Source: a virus (taxonomy: Duplodnaviria; Caudoviricetes). Taken from it: 27,381 nucleotides of DNA. Made by a program: the position numbers and the translations under genes. The notes beneath the pieces were generated by a model. It did no database searches and was not told the origin of the DNA. It saw only the letters and a program-made list of their open reading frames with translations. Positions 1 through 9,378 of the stretch are shown here, piece by piece; position 1 is the stretch's first letter; each line of letters begins with the position of its first letter. The stretch covers positions 1 through 27,381 of IMG/VR virus record IMGVR_UViG_3300020044_004660; one strand, written 5' to 3'.

Positions 1-2
1 CA

Positions 3-3000
3 ATTAGCGATAAAGGTGCGTATGGTGTTGCCGCTGATGGCACTGCGTATTTAATTGCCAATCGCATTAGTAAAGGTGAAGGTCGTGCTAAGTTTATGCA
101 CGAAGTTGGAGCCCACTTAGGTCTTGAGAATTTGTTGCCTACAGATGTATATAACAAGCTGGTTGACCAATTAGAAACATGGGCTGCAGCAAATGACGGT
201 TCACTTGAATCTAAGTTGGCTAACAAAGCTAGAGAACGTGTAGGTTACGCTGCAACACCTACTGTAGACCAACGCAATGAATTGTTGGCTTACTTTGTTG
301 AAGAAGCCATGCTGGCGGGTGTTGATCCTACGGCTACTGCAAAAGAATCAGGTCCGTTGTACGCATGGTTCCGTACATTATGGGCAGCATTTAAAGTTGC
401 GGTTCGTCGCCTTGGATTTAAACCTGAGAAGTTAACAGCGCAAGACGTGGTCAATATGGCCTACGGTGCTGCTCGTTTGGAAATGTCTGGCACATGGCAC
501 GGTACTGCTGCTACGTACCGTAAATTCAACCATAACTTTATGAGTACTGGCGAAGGTGCCCAAGCTTATGGTTGGGGTTCTTACCTTGCCCAAGCTGTTG
601 GTATTGGTAAAGGTTACTGGTGGAATGATGTTAAACGTAAAGAAATATCTACTGTTGAAAATACAATTAAACAATATGTTGGATGGCGCTTTGAAGAATC
701 AGTTTTGCATCCAGAAGACAGACAAGAAATTGCCTACGCAGGTTCGCAAATATATATAGCAAAAGATTTGTCTGAATCCGCGCGATTAAATCCAGTTGAC
801 TTTGCTACACCCGGTTATTTAACGCGCCGTTTAGTTGAAGCAGGGGTGGACTACATCAAATTAATTTCGCCAACAGGAGAAAAGAAAACTGTTCAAATTG
901 CTCCCCCCGCTGGTAATTTGATGCGTGTTGACACTTCTGTGTCTAACAACGAAATGCTTGATTGGGATGCTTCATTTGCTGACCAGCCGCAACTTGTTCG
1001 GGACTTTGTCAAAGGCGAGGCTGCCACAATTAAAGCCATGAACGACAATGGTGCCAGTATTCGTATTAAAAATGGCGAAGATATTTATAAGTATTTGATC
1101 CTAAAGTTCTGGGTTGCAAACAACCTTAATGGCTCGTGGAAAAATGCAACGCCTGAACAGCGTATGGAAGTCAAGAAGCAGTCGTCCAAGTATTTGGAAG
1201 CAAACGGCATTCAGGGTATTCGTTTCTTAGATGCCAACAGCCGTACCCCAACAGCGCTTGACCGCTCTATTGTTTTTGATGGTAAGAAATACACACGCGA
1301 TGCTCTAGTTGCCCAATCTAAAAACGCTCGCGCCTTGTCAATTGATGAGCAAATTCCGTTTACCATCATGCGCCATTTGTTGCGCAACACAGTGGCCGAA
1401 TTCCGTCAAGAACTTACAAGTAAACTGGAAAGACACAAAGCTTCATTTATAGAATCTCTTACTGAAGCATATAAAGCGGCAAACCAAGCGCCAGTAGCTG
1501 ATATAAAAGAACGTGCCCAAGGCGCTGCAGACAGATCGTATGAAGCTAAGTTATTGGCATGGCTTGACGCAAATGAAAGCAAAATAAAGATTGTTGACGG
1601 CAGTCAAGCCCCTGTCACGCGTAACCTTGTTATCTTTAATGAGAAGAACATCCAACGCGTTGGCTCAGAAGTTAGTGCTAATAGACAGCGCATGAAGTTT
1701 GGTATTGCTGGCCAACGTTCGCTTAACAACTTAGACCCTGCCGAAGCCGATAGACTTAAAGCCCAGTTGGTAAAAGCCAAGTTGATGGCAGCTGCTGGCA
1801 ACGGCGCAGACAAGACGTGGACTGAGACCGGATGGTTTAAAGGCGTAGAGGGTAAATGGAAATATGAAATTCCTGATACCAACGCTAAGTTTAAGCCGCA
1901 AAAAACTGACGGTGTTGAAGGCAAGGTAAAAGTAGATGAATTCTACAATCTAGAAGATATCCTTGATCACCCAGCTTTATTTAAAGCATACCCGCAGCTC
2001 AAAGATTACCAAATAATGTTTGATCAAGACTTGCCACCTAACAGCGCAAGCTTTAATGCTTTCCAAGGAAAGATAACAATGTCTGGGCAGGACTGGGCTG
2101 ATATGCCTACGCTACTGCATGAACTTCAACACGCTATCCAACAAATCGAAGGGTTTACTCGAGGCGGTTCTTCGGACTCAATTGCTAATCCATTTGCGTT
2201 AAGTTCACTTATTAAATTTCAAGCAATTTTAGAACAAACAAAACAGAAAAATGCCGCCAAAGCTGCTGAAGAAATTGTTGGGTTTATGCGGTTGTGGGAC
2301 GACGATGTTAACGCAGCTCAACTTGCCCTTGCAACAAACACTGATCCAAACCGCAAGGCGGCGCTTCAGATGGACTTAGACAGAACTATTGATGAGTACG
2401 TCACAGCCGCAAAAGACGTTCTAGAAAATTTTAATATTTCTGAAGACCAAGTACGGGGTTATTTGTATTCGGGTATTGCAGGCGAACAAGAAGCGCGCTT
2501 AGTAGAAAACCGACTTAAGTTGTCAGACACGCAGTTAAAGGACACACTTCCTAAACTGCCATACGATGAACGTGCTACGCTGTTTACAGATAAAACTGGC
2601 ATGTCCATGAAGTTTGGTGTTAACGCCCCTTCAGTAGACAAAGTTATCAATCGGATGCCCAAGCCACTGCAAAAATCAACGCGTGGTATTGTGACCAACT
2701 TACTCCATCAAGCCAAACGTGGTTTGTATGCGTCCGCAATTACTGAAGATTTGGTCGGCATGGCTAAAAAGTATATGCCGTCGGTGACCAAGTATCTAGA
2801 AGCTCAATATGCACGTCAGGCTACCCGCTTGACATTTGAAAAGCGTATTGAGAACATTTTGGCTGCATATGACAAACTACCTCAAAACCTACAAGGCGAA
2901 GGTAAGGGCAGCGTCAATGAGTATATTCATGACTCTACTCGCGAAAAGAAATGGGGCTACTACCCAGGTGAGCAGCAGATTGGAACTAAGCTATTCCAAG

Positions 3001-5444
3001 TAGACGAGGACTTCAAAAAACGTTTTGATGCATTCCCATTTGCTGCGCAACAGGTTATTAAAGACGTGTTCCGCCATGGCCACGATGCTTTGACACTTAA
3101 ACAGCAAGCAGCTGAGAACGCAGTGAACCGTGAGTTTGAAGCTCGCACTAAAGCTGCTGCCAACGATGCTGATCTGCTACAGCAGATTGCTAAAGAAAAG
3201 AAACAGATGCTTAAACGCATCACTAGTATTCGCAATGTCAACGTGGGTGACCCCTATGCGTACCTTGGACGTTACGGTGATTATGTTGTAGTTGCTAAGT
3301 CCAAAGAGTTTATTGCTTATGAAGAGGCTGCCAAGGGTACTCAAGCTCGCGTAGGCGCTGACTCCGTTACTGGTGATCCGCAGCAAGCCAAGAACTGGCT
3401 GCAAGAGAATGTAGCCAACCCGCTGCACTACGTTGTTCAGTTTGCTGAAACGCAGAATGAAGCCGATGAAATTGCTGCTCAGTTGCAAGCTACTGGTCAA
3501 TATGACATACAGCCTGAAGATGCAGGTATTAAAGAAGCCAATGCGTCCTATGTGGGCGGCTCAGACATTCACCTTGCTGTGGCTCGTTTGCGCAACATGG
3601 CTTCACGTTCAGATTCTACCGATGACAAGTTAGATAAAGCAATTGCTGACCTGTACCTAATGACTGTTGCTGATGCTAGCGCTCGTGCTTCTGAACTCCA
3701 GCGCAAAAACGTTGCAGGCGCAGACAAGAACATGATGCGTAACTTGGCTACCAGTGGTCGTGCGGATGCACACTTCTTGGCTACGATGGAACACAGTGAT
3801 GAGATCAACGACTCACTAGAAGCCATGCGCGATCAGGCTCGTAATGATCGTCGCGAAGCCATGCCAATGTATAACGAACTGTTTATACGTCACGCGAACA
3901 GCATGAACTACCAGCCTGTCGGCGACTTGGCTACTGCCCTGACACGCATGACAACACTGTGGACTTTGTCTACTAACCCAGCGTTCTATCTCCAGCAGGT
4001 GCTTCAGACTTCTGTATTGTCCTTGCCGTTTATGGCGGGTCGTCTAGGTTATTTCCGTTCTGCTCGAGCAATCAAGCGTGCTTACGGTGACATGTCTGAG
4101 TTGGTTAAAGGCTTGGGAGTTAATGAACACATTAACTTTGATAAGGCCCCCGCAGATGTGCGCAACATGCTCAACACACTGGTTGGCATGGGTAAGATTG
4201 ACCTTGGTATCGACGCTGAAGCCAAGGCGCGCACAGGTGAAGATGGCGTGCTTGGTAAAGTAATGCTTAAGCTGCAAGGTGTTAACACACGTATTGAATC
4301 AATCAACCGTGCCACTGCTGCCATTGCTGCTTACCGTGGGTATTTAGATCGCTATAAGAACGGTGATACGGCTGCGGCTACCAAGTATGCGGCTGACGTA
4401 GTGTCCAACACGCACGGCTCTTACGATGGATTTAACACACCTCGTATCATGTCAGGCGATGTGGGCAGAGTAGCGTTGCAATTCAAACGCTTCCAAATCA
4501 TTCAGCTGTCCATGCTTGCTAAGTTGATTCACACTTCGTTTAAAGGTGCAAGCGCAGATGAAAAAGCTGTAGCTCGTGCTTCACTGAAGTTTATCGTAGC
4601 CCACATGGCTGTACTTGGTGGCGCACTTGGTGTACCGTTTGTATCCCAAGCCGCTTGGATTTTGTCTAAAGTGTTTGGTGATGAGGACGAGCCCGATGAT
4701 TACGAGTACAAACTGCGTCGCATGATAGGTGATGGCCCTGCCGCTGACCTGTTGCTTCGTGGCGTACCTGCCGCATTAGGCTTAGAATCTTTGGGTAAAA
4801 AGTTATCCATGGAAAACGTTGCGTCTCCATTTGGTCCTTTTGTAGAACCTGATATAACCTCTCGTACTGGCGCTGAGAAAATGCTTATAGGGGTTATGGG
4901 CCCAGCCGTAAATATTGGGCTGAAATTTACAGACGCGCTTAGTTTAATAACCAAGGGTAATTACTACAAAGGCTTAGAGTTGGCGTTACCTAATGGCGTA
5001 GCCAATGTGATGAAGGGCATGCGTTTTGCCAATGAAGGCATTACGATGCGTAATGGGGACTTGGTGTTGAAGCCTGAAGATGTCAGCCTAATTGATGCTG
5101 CATTCCAAGCGGTTGGTCTCCCCACTGCAACCATTACTGATAGACAATACACACAGAAAGTTGTTGTCGCATTTGACAAGTTCTATTCTGAGCGTGCGGC
5201 TGATATTAAACGTAGTTATGTGGAAGGTTCTCGAGACAGTGACTCAGCAGCAATGGCTGAAGCACGTGAAGACTGGCAGAAATTGCAAGAGTCGAGAATT
5301 AAGAATGGGTACAAACGTCAGTCAATGTCTGAGTTGTTCCGTGCACCAGCTGAAGCGCGCAAGCGTGAACGTGGTGTTGTCGGTGGTGTAGAAACCACTA
5401 AATCTAATCGTAGGTTTGTCGAGCAAGTAAGCTCAGTTTCTTAA
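3..5444 (+). CDS. Giant polyvalent (probably virion-packaged/ejected) protein, 5' truncated: zincin HExxxH + ART-like (ART-PolyVal-type) + LPD23-like/zincin + PLxRFG-like C-terminal region
   Basis: The frame is open from base 3 (ISDKGAYGVAADGTAYLIANR...), so ATG 96 is internal. Motifs: HEVGAH (99-116); WHGT...TGEGAQAYGWGSY...GNLMRV...GIQGIRFLD...RNLVIFN (495-1640); TGWFKGVEGKWKYEIPD...LDHPALFKAYP...LLHELQHAIQQIEG...AGEQEAR (about 1750-2500); YLGRYGDYVV (3261). Module names are from motif recall. Confidence 0.8.
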   Translation: MSDKGAYGVAADGTAYLIANRISKGEGRAKFMHEVGAHLGLENLLPTDVYNKLVDQLETWAAANDGSLESKLANKARERVGYAATPTVDQRNELLAYFVEEAMLAGVDPTATAKESGPLYAWFRTLWAAFKVAVRRLGFKPEKLTAQDVVNMAYGAARLEMSGTWHGTAATYRKFNHNFMSTGEGAQAYGWGSYLAQAVGIGKGYWWNDVKRKEISTVENTIKQYVGWRFEESVLHPEDRQEIAYAGSQIYIAKDLSESARLNPVDFATPGYLTRRLVEAGVDYIKLISPTGEKKTVQIAPPAGNLMRVDTSVSNNEMLDWDASFADQPQLVRDFVKGEAATIKAMNDNGASIRIKNGEDIYKYLILKFWVANNLNGSWKNATPEQRMEVKKQSSKYLEANGIQGIRFLDANSRTPTALDRSIVFDGKKYTRDALVAQSKNARALSIDEQIPFTIMRHLLRNTVAEFRQELTSKLERHKASFIESLTEAYKAANQAPVADIKERAQGAADRSYEAKLLAWLDANESKIKIVDGSQAPVTRNLVIFNEKNIQRVGSEVSANRQRMKFGIAGQRSLNNLDPAEADRLKAQLVKAKLMAAAGNGADKTWTETGWFKGVEGKWKYEIPDTNAKFKPQKTDGVEGKVKVDEFYNLEDILDHPALFKAYPQLKDYQIMFDQDLPPNSASFNAFQGKITMSGQDWADMPTLLHELQHAIQQIEGFTRGGSSDSIANPFALSSLIKFQAILEQTKQKNAAKAAEEIVGFMRLWDDDVNAAQLALATNTDPNRKAALQMDLDRTIDEYVTAAKDVLENFNISEDQVRGYLYSGIAGEQEARLVENRLKLSDTQLKDTLPKLPYDERATLFTDKTGMSMKFGVNAPSVDKVINRMPKPLQKSTRGIVTNLLHQAKRGLYASAITEDLVGMAKKYMPSVTKYLEAQYARQATRLTFEKRIENILAAYDKLPQNLQGEGKGSVNEYIHDSTREKKWGYYPGEQQIGTKLFQVDEDFKKRFDAFPFAAQQVIKDVFRHGHDALTLKQQAAENAVNREFEARTKAAANDADLLQQIAKEKKQMLKRITSIRNVNVGDPYAYLGRYGDYVVVAKSKEFIAYEEAAKGTQARVGADSVTGDPQQAKNWLQENVANPLHYVVQFAETQNEADEIAAQLQATGQYDIQPEDAGIKEANASYVGGSDIHLAVARLRNMASRSDSTDDKLDKAIADLYLMTVADASARASELQRKNVAGADKNMMRNLATSGRADAHFLATMEHSDEINDSLEAMRDQARNDRREAMPMYNELFIRHANSMNYQPVGDLATALTRMTTLWTLSTNPAFYLQQVLQTSVLSLPFMAGRLGYFRSARAIKRAYGDMSELVKGLGVNEHINFDKAPADVRNMLNTLVGMGKIDLGIDAEAKARTGEDGVLGKVMLKLQGVNTRIESINRATAAIAAYRGYLDRYKNGDTAAATKYAADVVSNTHGSYDGFNTPRIMSGDVGRVALQFKRFQIIQLSMLAKLIHTSFKGASADEKAVARASLKFIVAHMAVLGGALGVPFVSQAAWILSKVFGDEDEPDDYEYKLRRMIGDGPAADLLLRGVPAALGLESLGKKLSMENVASPFGPFVEPDITSRTGAEKMLIGVMGPAVNIGLKFTDALSLITKGNYYKGLELALPNGVANVMKGMRFANEGITMRNGDLVLKPEDVSLIDAAFQAVGLPTATITDRQYTQKVVVAFDKFYSERAADIKRSYVEGSRDSDSAAMAEAREDWQKLQESRIKNGYKRQSMSELFRAPAEARKRERGVVGGVETTKSNRRFVEQVSSVS
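1691..1703 (+). repeat. 13-bp direct repeat CATGAAGTTTGGT (encodes MKFG), copy 1
   Basis: Identical to 2606-2618 and in the same frame; the two copies bracket the LPD23/zincin module. Confidence 0.7.
2606..2618 (+). repeat. 13-bp direct repeat CATGAAGTTTGGT (encodes MKFG), copy 2
   Basis: Identical to 1691-1703. Confidence 0.7.
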
Positions 5445-5454
5445 GGAGAAAATA

Positions 5455-5745
5455 ATGAGTGATCCCGTTGGAATTAAATCAATCCACACCAGTACAGCTA
5501 CAACAACTTTGTTCACTGGTGCTTTTTATCTTAAAGGTTTGACTTGCCTTGGCACTGCCACTGCTGGAACTTTAACTTTCCGTGATGGCGGTTCAGGTGG
5601 CACTATTTTGTTGGAGATTGATGTGCCGGGAAATGCCAACAACATCCAAGAGACTATGATTCCCGAAGCTGGTATCTTGTTTGAGACCAGCTGCTATTTG
5701 ACGCAACCTACGGGTTACAACACAACTATTTTTTACGGAAAATAA
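5455..5745 (+). CDS. Small beta-rich phage protein (96 aa), possibly virion-associated
   Basis: Strong RBS AAGGAG at 5443-5448; Thr/Gly-rich with motifs GTLTFRDGGSGG and IPEAGILFE, recalled from structural operons of aquatic phages. Confidence 0.7.
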   Translation: MSDPVGIKSIHTSTATTTLFTGAFYLKGLTCLGTATAGTLTFRDGGSGGTILLEIDVPGNANNIQETMIPEAGILFETSCYLTQPTGYNTTIFYGK

Positions 5746-5747
5746 TT

Positions 5748-6002
5748 ATGGCGAAGTCACCAGCTTGGCAACGCAAAGAAGGTAAGAACCCTGAAGGCGG
5801 ATTAAACGCCAAGGGACGTGCTTCTTACAACAAAGCAAACCCTGGAAAACCAGGGCTCAAAGCACCACAACCTGAAGGCGGTTCGCGCAAAGATTCTTTT
5901 TGCGCACGCATGGAAGGGATGAAGAAAAAATTGACCAGTGACAAGACGGCTAAAGACCCCGACTCACGAATCAATAAATCACTGCGCGCTTGGAAGTGTT
6001 AA
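5748..6002 (+). CDS. Small basic phage protein, DUF6321-like (84 aa)
   Basis: AWQRKEGKNPEGGLNAKGRAS...RKDSFCARM...SRINKSLRAWKC; starts 2 nt after the previous stop. DUF assignment is from recall. Confidence 0.7.
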   Translation: MAKSPAWQRKEGKNPEGGLNAKGRASYNKANPGKPGLKAPQPEGGSRKDSFCARMEGMKKKLTSDKTAKDPDSRINKSLRAWKC

Positions 6003-6032
6003 AAAAACCCCCTAGTTTTAAGGCTAGGGGGT
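6001..6032 (-). terminator. Rho-independent terminator between the convergent arms (possibly bidirectional)
   Basis: Stem ACCCCCTAG (6007-6015) pairs with CTAGGGGGT (6024-6032). The A run from 6001 gives a U tail on the - strand. Confidence 0.85.
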
Positions 6033-6076
6033 AAATCCAACTTAGGAGACAAAACACACTAACGAGGGCAACTACA

Positions 6077-9040
6077 TTAGTGAGCAGATGATACTGCACT
6101 TTCTTCGGTTTGCACAAGTGTTACTGGACCACTGGTGTTTTCTACAGTACCCTCCATGGCTGAGAAGTCAAACGCAAAGCAGGTGCAACTACCAGTTGAG
6201 TAGGCTGTACCCCTTCCCATATTGAACTTTTCCTGCCAAGGAATAATCCATCCGTTGTCGGTGGCGTACTTAATCATCTCCTTGGGTTCCATGCGATTCT
6301 TGGAGCACCAATCGCCAAAGTCTTTCTTGGCTAAAAACAGCTTACCAATGTACTTGTCCTTACCCTTGGTAGTCTGATTACCAATGATGCGACGCCCTGC
6401 AGGGGTTCCCATAATTCTTGAGATTGAATCCTCAGGTCCACGAGAGTCGGTACGCAGATCGCGATACTCAGTTGTCACTATGATGCGGTTGGACAAGTCG
6501 CGAATCATGCGGTTCAAGGCATCCGCAGGGGAAGTCATATTGCCTGCCACAATTGCTTCAGTCAGGTCGCCCATTAGCAATGTAGTGAACTCAACAAGTT
6601 TGTCATAGTCAAATGAGATAACCTGTAAGTCAAGCAGAATCCTGGCTGCCGTCAGAGTTGCAGTCGCATGGCTTCGGAAAAACCTGTACTCACTCTGAGG
6701 TAGGATGACAGCCAACTTCGCTTCAGTCGTGGCCCACAGCTTAGCCACGGCATCTTGGTTTGTAACCACGTACTTAATAAAGGCATCGCCTGCACAGCCC
6801 ATGTTGTCCCGCATCTTGTCAATCGCATCGGATACTTCAATGGCGTTCTTAAAGATGGGTACGTTGTACTTGGAGAAGTTGATGGCGATCATACGCACCG
6901 CTTCTGCCTGAGTATTGGCATTGTGCGAGGCTAGTTTGGCGTGCATGTCTTCGTTGGCTGTGATACCCACGACTGCTTTCCAAGTGTGCTGTTCAGCGAA
7001 TCCAACCTTGCCACCACTGGATGTGAGTCGGGCTCGGTCAGTACCTTGGGAGACTGTATACGCAAAACTACTTACTTCAGCCGCATCCATGTCGGTCATC
7101 TCGTCAAAGACAACAGGCATGTTTTGGTGAGCGCCTACGATAGCCCAACGGGCGTTACGTGTCGCACCATCCTTACCAGCGTAGATCAACTTATTGGCAT
7201 CAGCTAGACCGTACAGTGCTGCACGCCACACTGAGGTTTTACCTTTACCAGATGCGCCAGAGTTAACTGCAACCAACGCACCGTTGTAGCTGTCCTCACC
7301 GAATGGGGTCAGGATAGAGCCATACACATTACAGAAAACATACTGGGCGGCTTCACTGCTCTCGCGGTTGTATATAAAGTTAACAGCTTCAGCGTAACCT
7401 TCAATGGTTCCACGTGGAACAGGGTATGTGTTCTTGTACGTGGCGGCTGCTCCACCAACATAGACCCTACGAATAGAGCCATCAGTATGGTATAGGCGGT
7501 CACCTAGTAGAAACCCTGACATGTTTTCACGCCAACCAAATGAAGTCAGAGTATCAACTTCTCTCTGCTCAGTCATCAGCTTGGTAATGGAGTCACGAAT
7601 GTACGCAGTCAAGTGCATAGTTGCGTCCTTATTATTAGATGGCATCAGCTCATACTTAGACATGGCTTTGAGAAGGTCGGCTGACGAAGCAATAGCGGCT
7701 GTGTCAACTTCAAATTCCCTAATGCGTTTGTCCGGCAGGTGCATCCGAATCGTGAATGCAAACGCCCCATCAGCTTTCTTGATGCGCTGTATAGGGTAGA
7801 ACAGTTGGTAGCAGAATGTAAAGGGTTGGTTTACACCATCCTTGTCTTTGATGAAACGAATCATCCGATTGTTCTGATACTCGTAAGTCTCAGGCAACGC
7901 AGGGACTACAGTCTCAACGACAACTTCCTCTTCCACAACTTCGACAACCTTTTCCTCAGGCTCAGGGATGACGCGCCCTAGTTGTAGCGGTGTGGTAATC
8001 TTGCCTTTATGTGGGCACCCAGCACAGCCAGCTTCATTGTCTCGCTCAATCCTAGCGCAACTGGTCGGTTCAGCGTTCCAAGTTTCAAAACGTGTTACCA
8101 CATCCGTATTGGAATGTTTATCAGCGCGGTTTTCGCTCCATTCATGGGCAAGATCAATACCTTCGGTGCAGAAAGTTATGAGTCCAATAAGATTGAACCA
8201 CGTGTGGTATTCCACATCGCCCTTGGTATCCCGCATCACCCGCATTTGTTGGCAATGGTTAGCGACCAGTCGAGCAGATGTTTCGTACTGTGGTCCATCG
8301 TATGGTGTGATCAAGTCATCATTTAAACCAGGCGCTGATGAATAGTTTGGTACGTGAGCTTGGAGTGTTTTTACTATGCGTGAGACTGCGGCTGCAAATT
8401 CTTGTGGTTCAACAAATGTAGGTTCGTTCTTAACCTTGACTTCACGGACTTCACGTCCAGCTTTACGATTATGAGTGCCTGCGGGTCGCAGGATAGAAGA
8501 CAAGTCAGCAGTGCGGGTCGGATCAACCAGCAGTCCAGCGGCATTAAGTGCGGCTTTAAATTCATTAGCAATTGCTCGCCAACTGTTAGGGCCTATGGTT
8601 TTAGTCAAAGGCCAGTAGCAATGTAGTCCACCGCCTGAATCAACAAGCATGGGTTTAGGAAACTGGTGCGTCTTACAGAATCCAAGGATTGCTTTGGCCG
8701 CTTCTGTTTTATTCAAGTAGCCTTTACCTTCAGCGGCTTTGTCTTCACCGCAGTCGATATCAATCCAAAAGGACTTGGCTTTATCCCAGTTTTGTGCGCC
8801 TCGGAATTTGGTTTTGGTTACACCATTAACTTCAGCTTCATAGCTTGCCGCCTTATAGGAACAGCACGCGTGGTAGACAATCAGGTTGTTTTGCGCATCA
8901 TAAGATTCAATAGCTTGCGCCATGAGCTCGAGAGACTCATAGGCTTTGTGTGCAATGCCATCGCGTCCAACACGTCCCAACCCTACGAACTTAAACCCCT
9001 CCTCAGGAAGGATTGTTTGCAGGAATTTGAGCGTGTTCAT
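6077..9040 (-). CDS. DNA primase-helicase (AEP/RepB-like primase + Cys-rich linker + DUF927-like + P-loop helicase)
   Basis: FWIDIDCG and DSGGGLHCYW primase motifs; C...C...CAGCPHKGKITTPLQLG; Walker A SGASGKGKT; Walker B VVFDE; 987 aa. Confidence 0.85.
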   Translation of the reverse strand: MNTLKFLQTILPEEGFKFVGLGRVGRDGIAHKAYESLELMAQAIESYDAQNNLIVYHACCSYKAASYEAEVNGVTKTKFRGAQNWDKAKSFWIDIDCGEDKAAEGKGYLNKTEAAKAILGFCKTHQFPKPMLVDSGGGLHCYWPLTKTIGPNSWRAIANEFKAALNAAGLLVDPTRTADLSSILRPAGTHNRKAGREVREVKVKNEPTFVEPQEFAAAVSRIVKTLQAHVPNYSSAPGLNDDLITPYDGPQYETSARLVANHCQQMRVMRDTKGDVEYHTWFNLIGLITFCTEGIDLAHEWSENRADKHSNTDVVTRFETWNAEPTSCARIERDNEAGCAGCPHKGKITTPLQLGRVIPEPEEKVVEVVEEEVVVETVVPALPETYEYQNNRMIRFIKDKDGVNQPFTFCYQLFYPIQRIKKADGAFAFTIRMHLPDKRIREFEVDTAAIASSADLLKAMSKYELMPSNNKDATMHLTAYIRDSITKLMTEQREVDTLTSFGWRENMSGFLLGDRLYHTDGSIRRVYVGGAAATYKNTYPVPRGTIEGYAEAVNFIYNRESSEAAQYVFCNVYGSILTPFGEDSYNGALVAVNSGASGKGKTSVWRAALYGLADANKLIYAGKDGATRNARWAIVGAHQNMPVVFDEMTDMDAAEVSSFAYTVSQGTDRARLTSSGGKVGFAEQHTWKAVVGITANEDMHAKLASHNANTQAEAVRMIAINFSKYNVPIFKNAIEVSDAIDKMRDNMGCAGDAFIKYVVTNQDAVAKLWATTEAKLAVILPQSEYRFFRSHATATLTAARILLDLQVISFDYDKLVEFTTLLMGDLTEAIVAGNMTSPADALNRMIRDLSNRIIVTTEYRDLRTDSRGPEDSISRIMGTPAGRRIIGNQTTKGKDKYIGKLFLAKKDFGDWCSKNRMEPKEMIKYATDNGWIIPWQEKFNMGRGTAYSTGSCTCFAFDFSAMEGTVENTSGPVTLVQTEESAVSSAH

Positions 9041-9043
9041 GGA

Positions 9044-9295
9044 CTACACCCCTGTGATGATTCGCTTGTCCTGTGCCTCGGCTCCGATCTTGAGGGTTTT
9101 CCCTATATGGGCAACCGCTACATTCAGAAGCTCACTGGCCTGAAGCTGAGTTTCAGCAGACTCCACAATGACGCGTCCAATTAGCTCGGCAAGTCCCAAG
9201 ATAACTTCACCATGGTTGAATCCTTTATCGTTCAAGGCACCGTTGGCCTCCAACACGACACCGACAACTTTTCTCTGATCTATTTCATATGACAT
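9044..9295 (-). CDS. Hypothetical protein (83 aa)
   Basis: GGAG RBS upstream; fills the gap and ends 3 nt before the primase start; amphipathic helical sequence. Confidence 0.7.
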   Translation of the reverse strand: MSYEIDQRKVVGVVLEANGALNDKGFNHGEVILGLAELIGRVIVESAETQLQASELLNVAVAHIGKTLKIGAEAQDKRIITGV

Positions 9296-9317
9296 ATGTA
9301 CTCCAAAAACAAAGGGT

Positions 9318-9372
9318 GGGGGTACTAACTGCTCGTCTACAAGCTTAAAAGCCTTTATAAAGCGTTCCCCCC
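9318..9372 (-). ncRNA. Putative structured RNA hairpin with a loop-E/sarcin-ricin-type internal loop
   Basis: The - strand reads GGGGG-GAAC-GCT-TTATAA-AGGCTTTTAAGC-TTGTAGA-CG-AGC-AG-TTAGTA-CCCCC: a G5/C5 basal stem, opposed GAA/AGUA strands, and an upper stem with G-U pairs. Folded by eye. Confidence 0.5.
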
Positions 9373-9378
9373 GATAAA

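Noticed and set aside
96-98. ATG 96 as the start of the giant protein
   Set aside because: The frame is open back to base 3 and the Met directly precedes the HEVGAH motif, so the gene begins outside the window.
6041-6076. AGGAG RBS-like sequence after the terminator
   Set aside because: No in-range start codon follows it.
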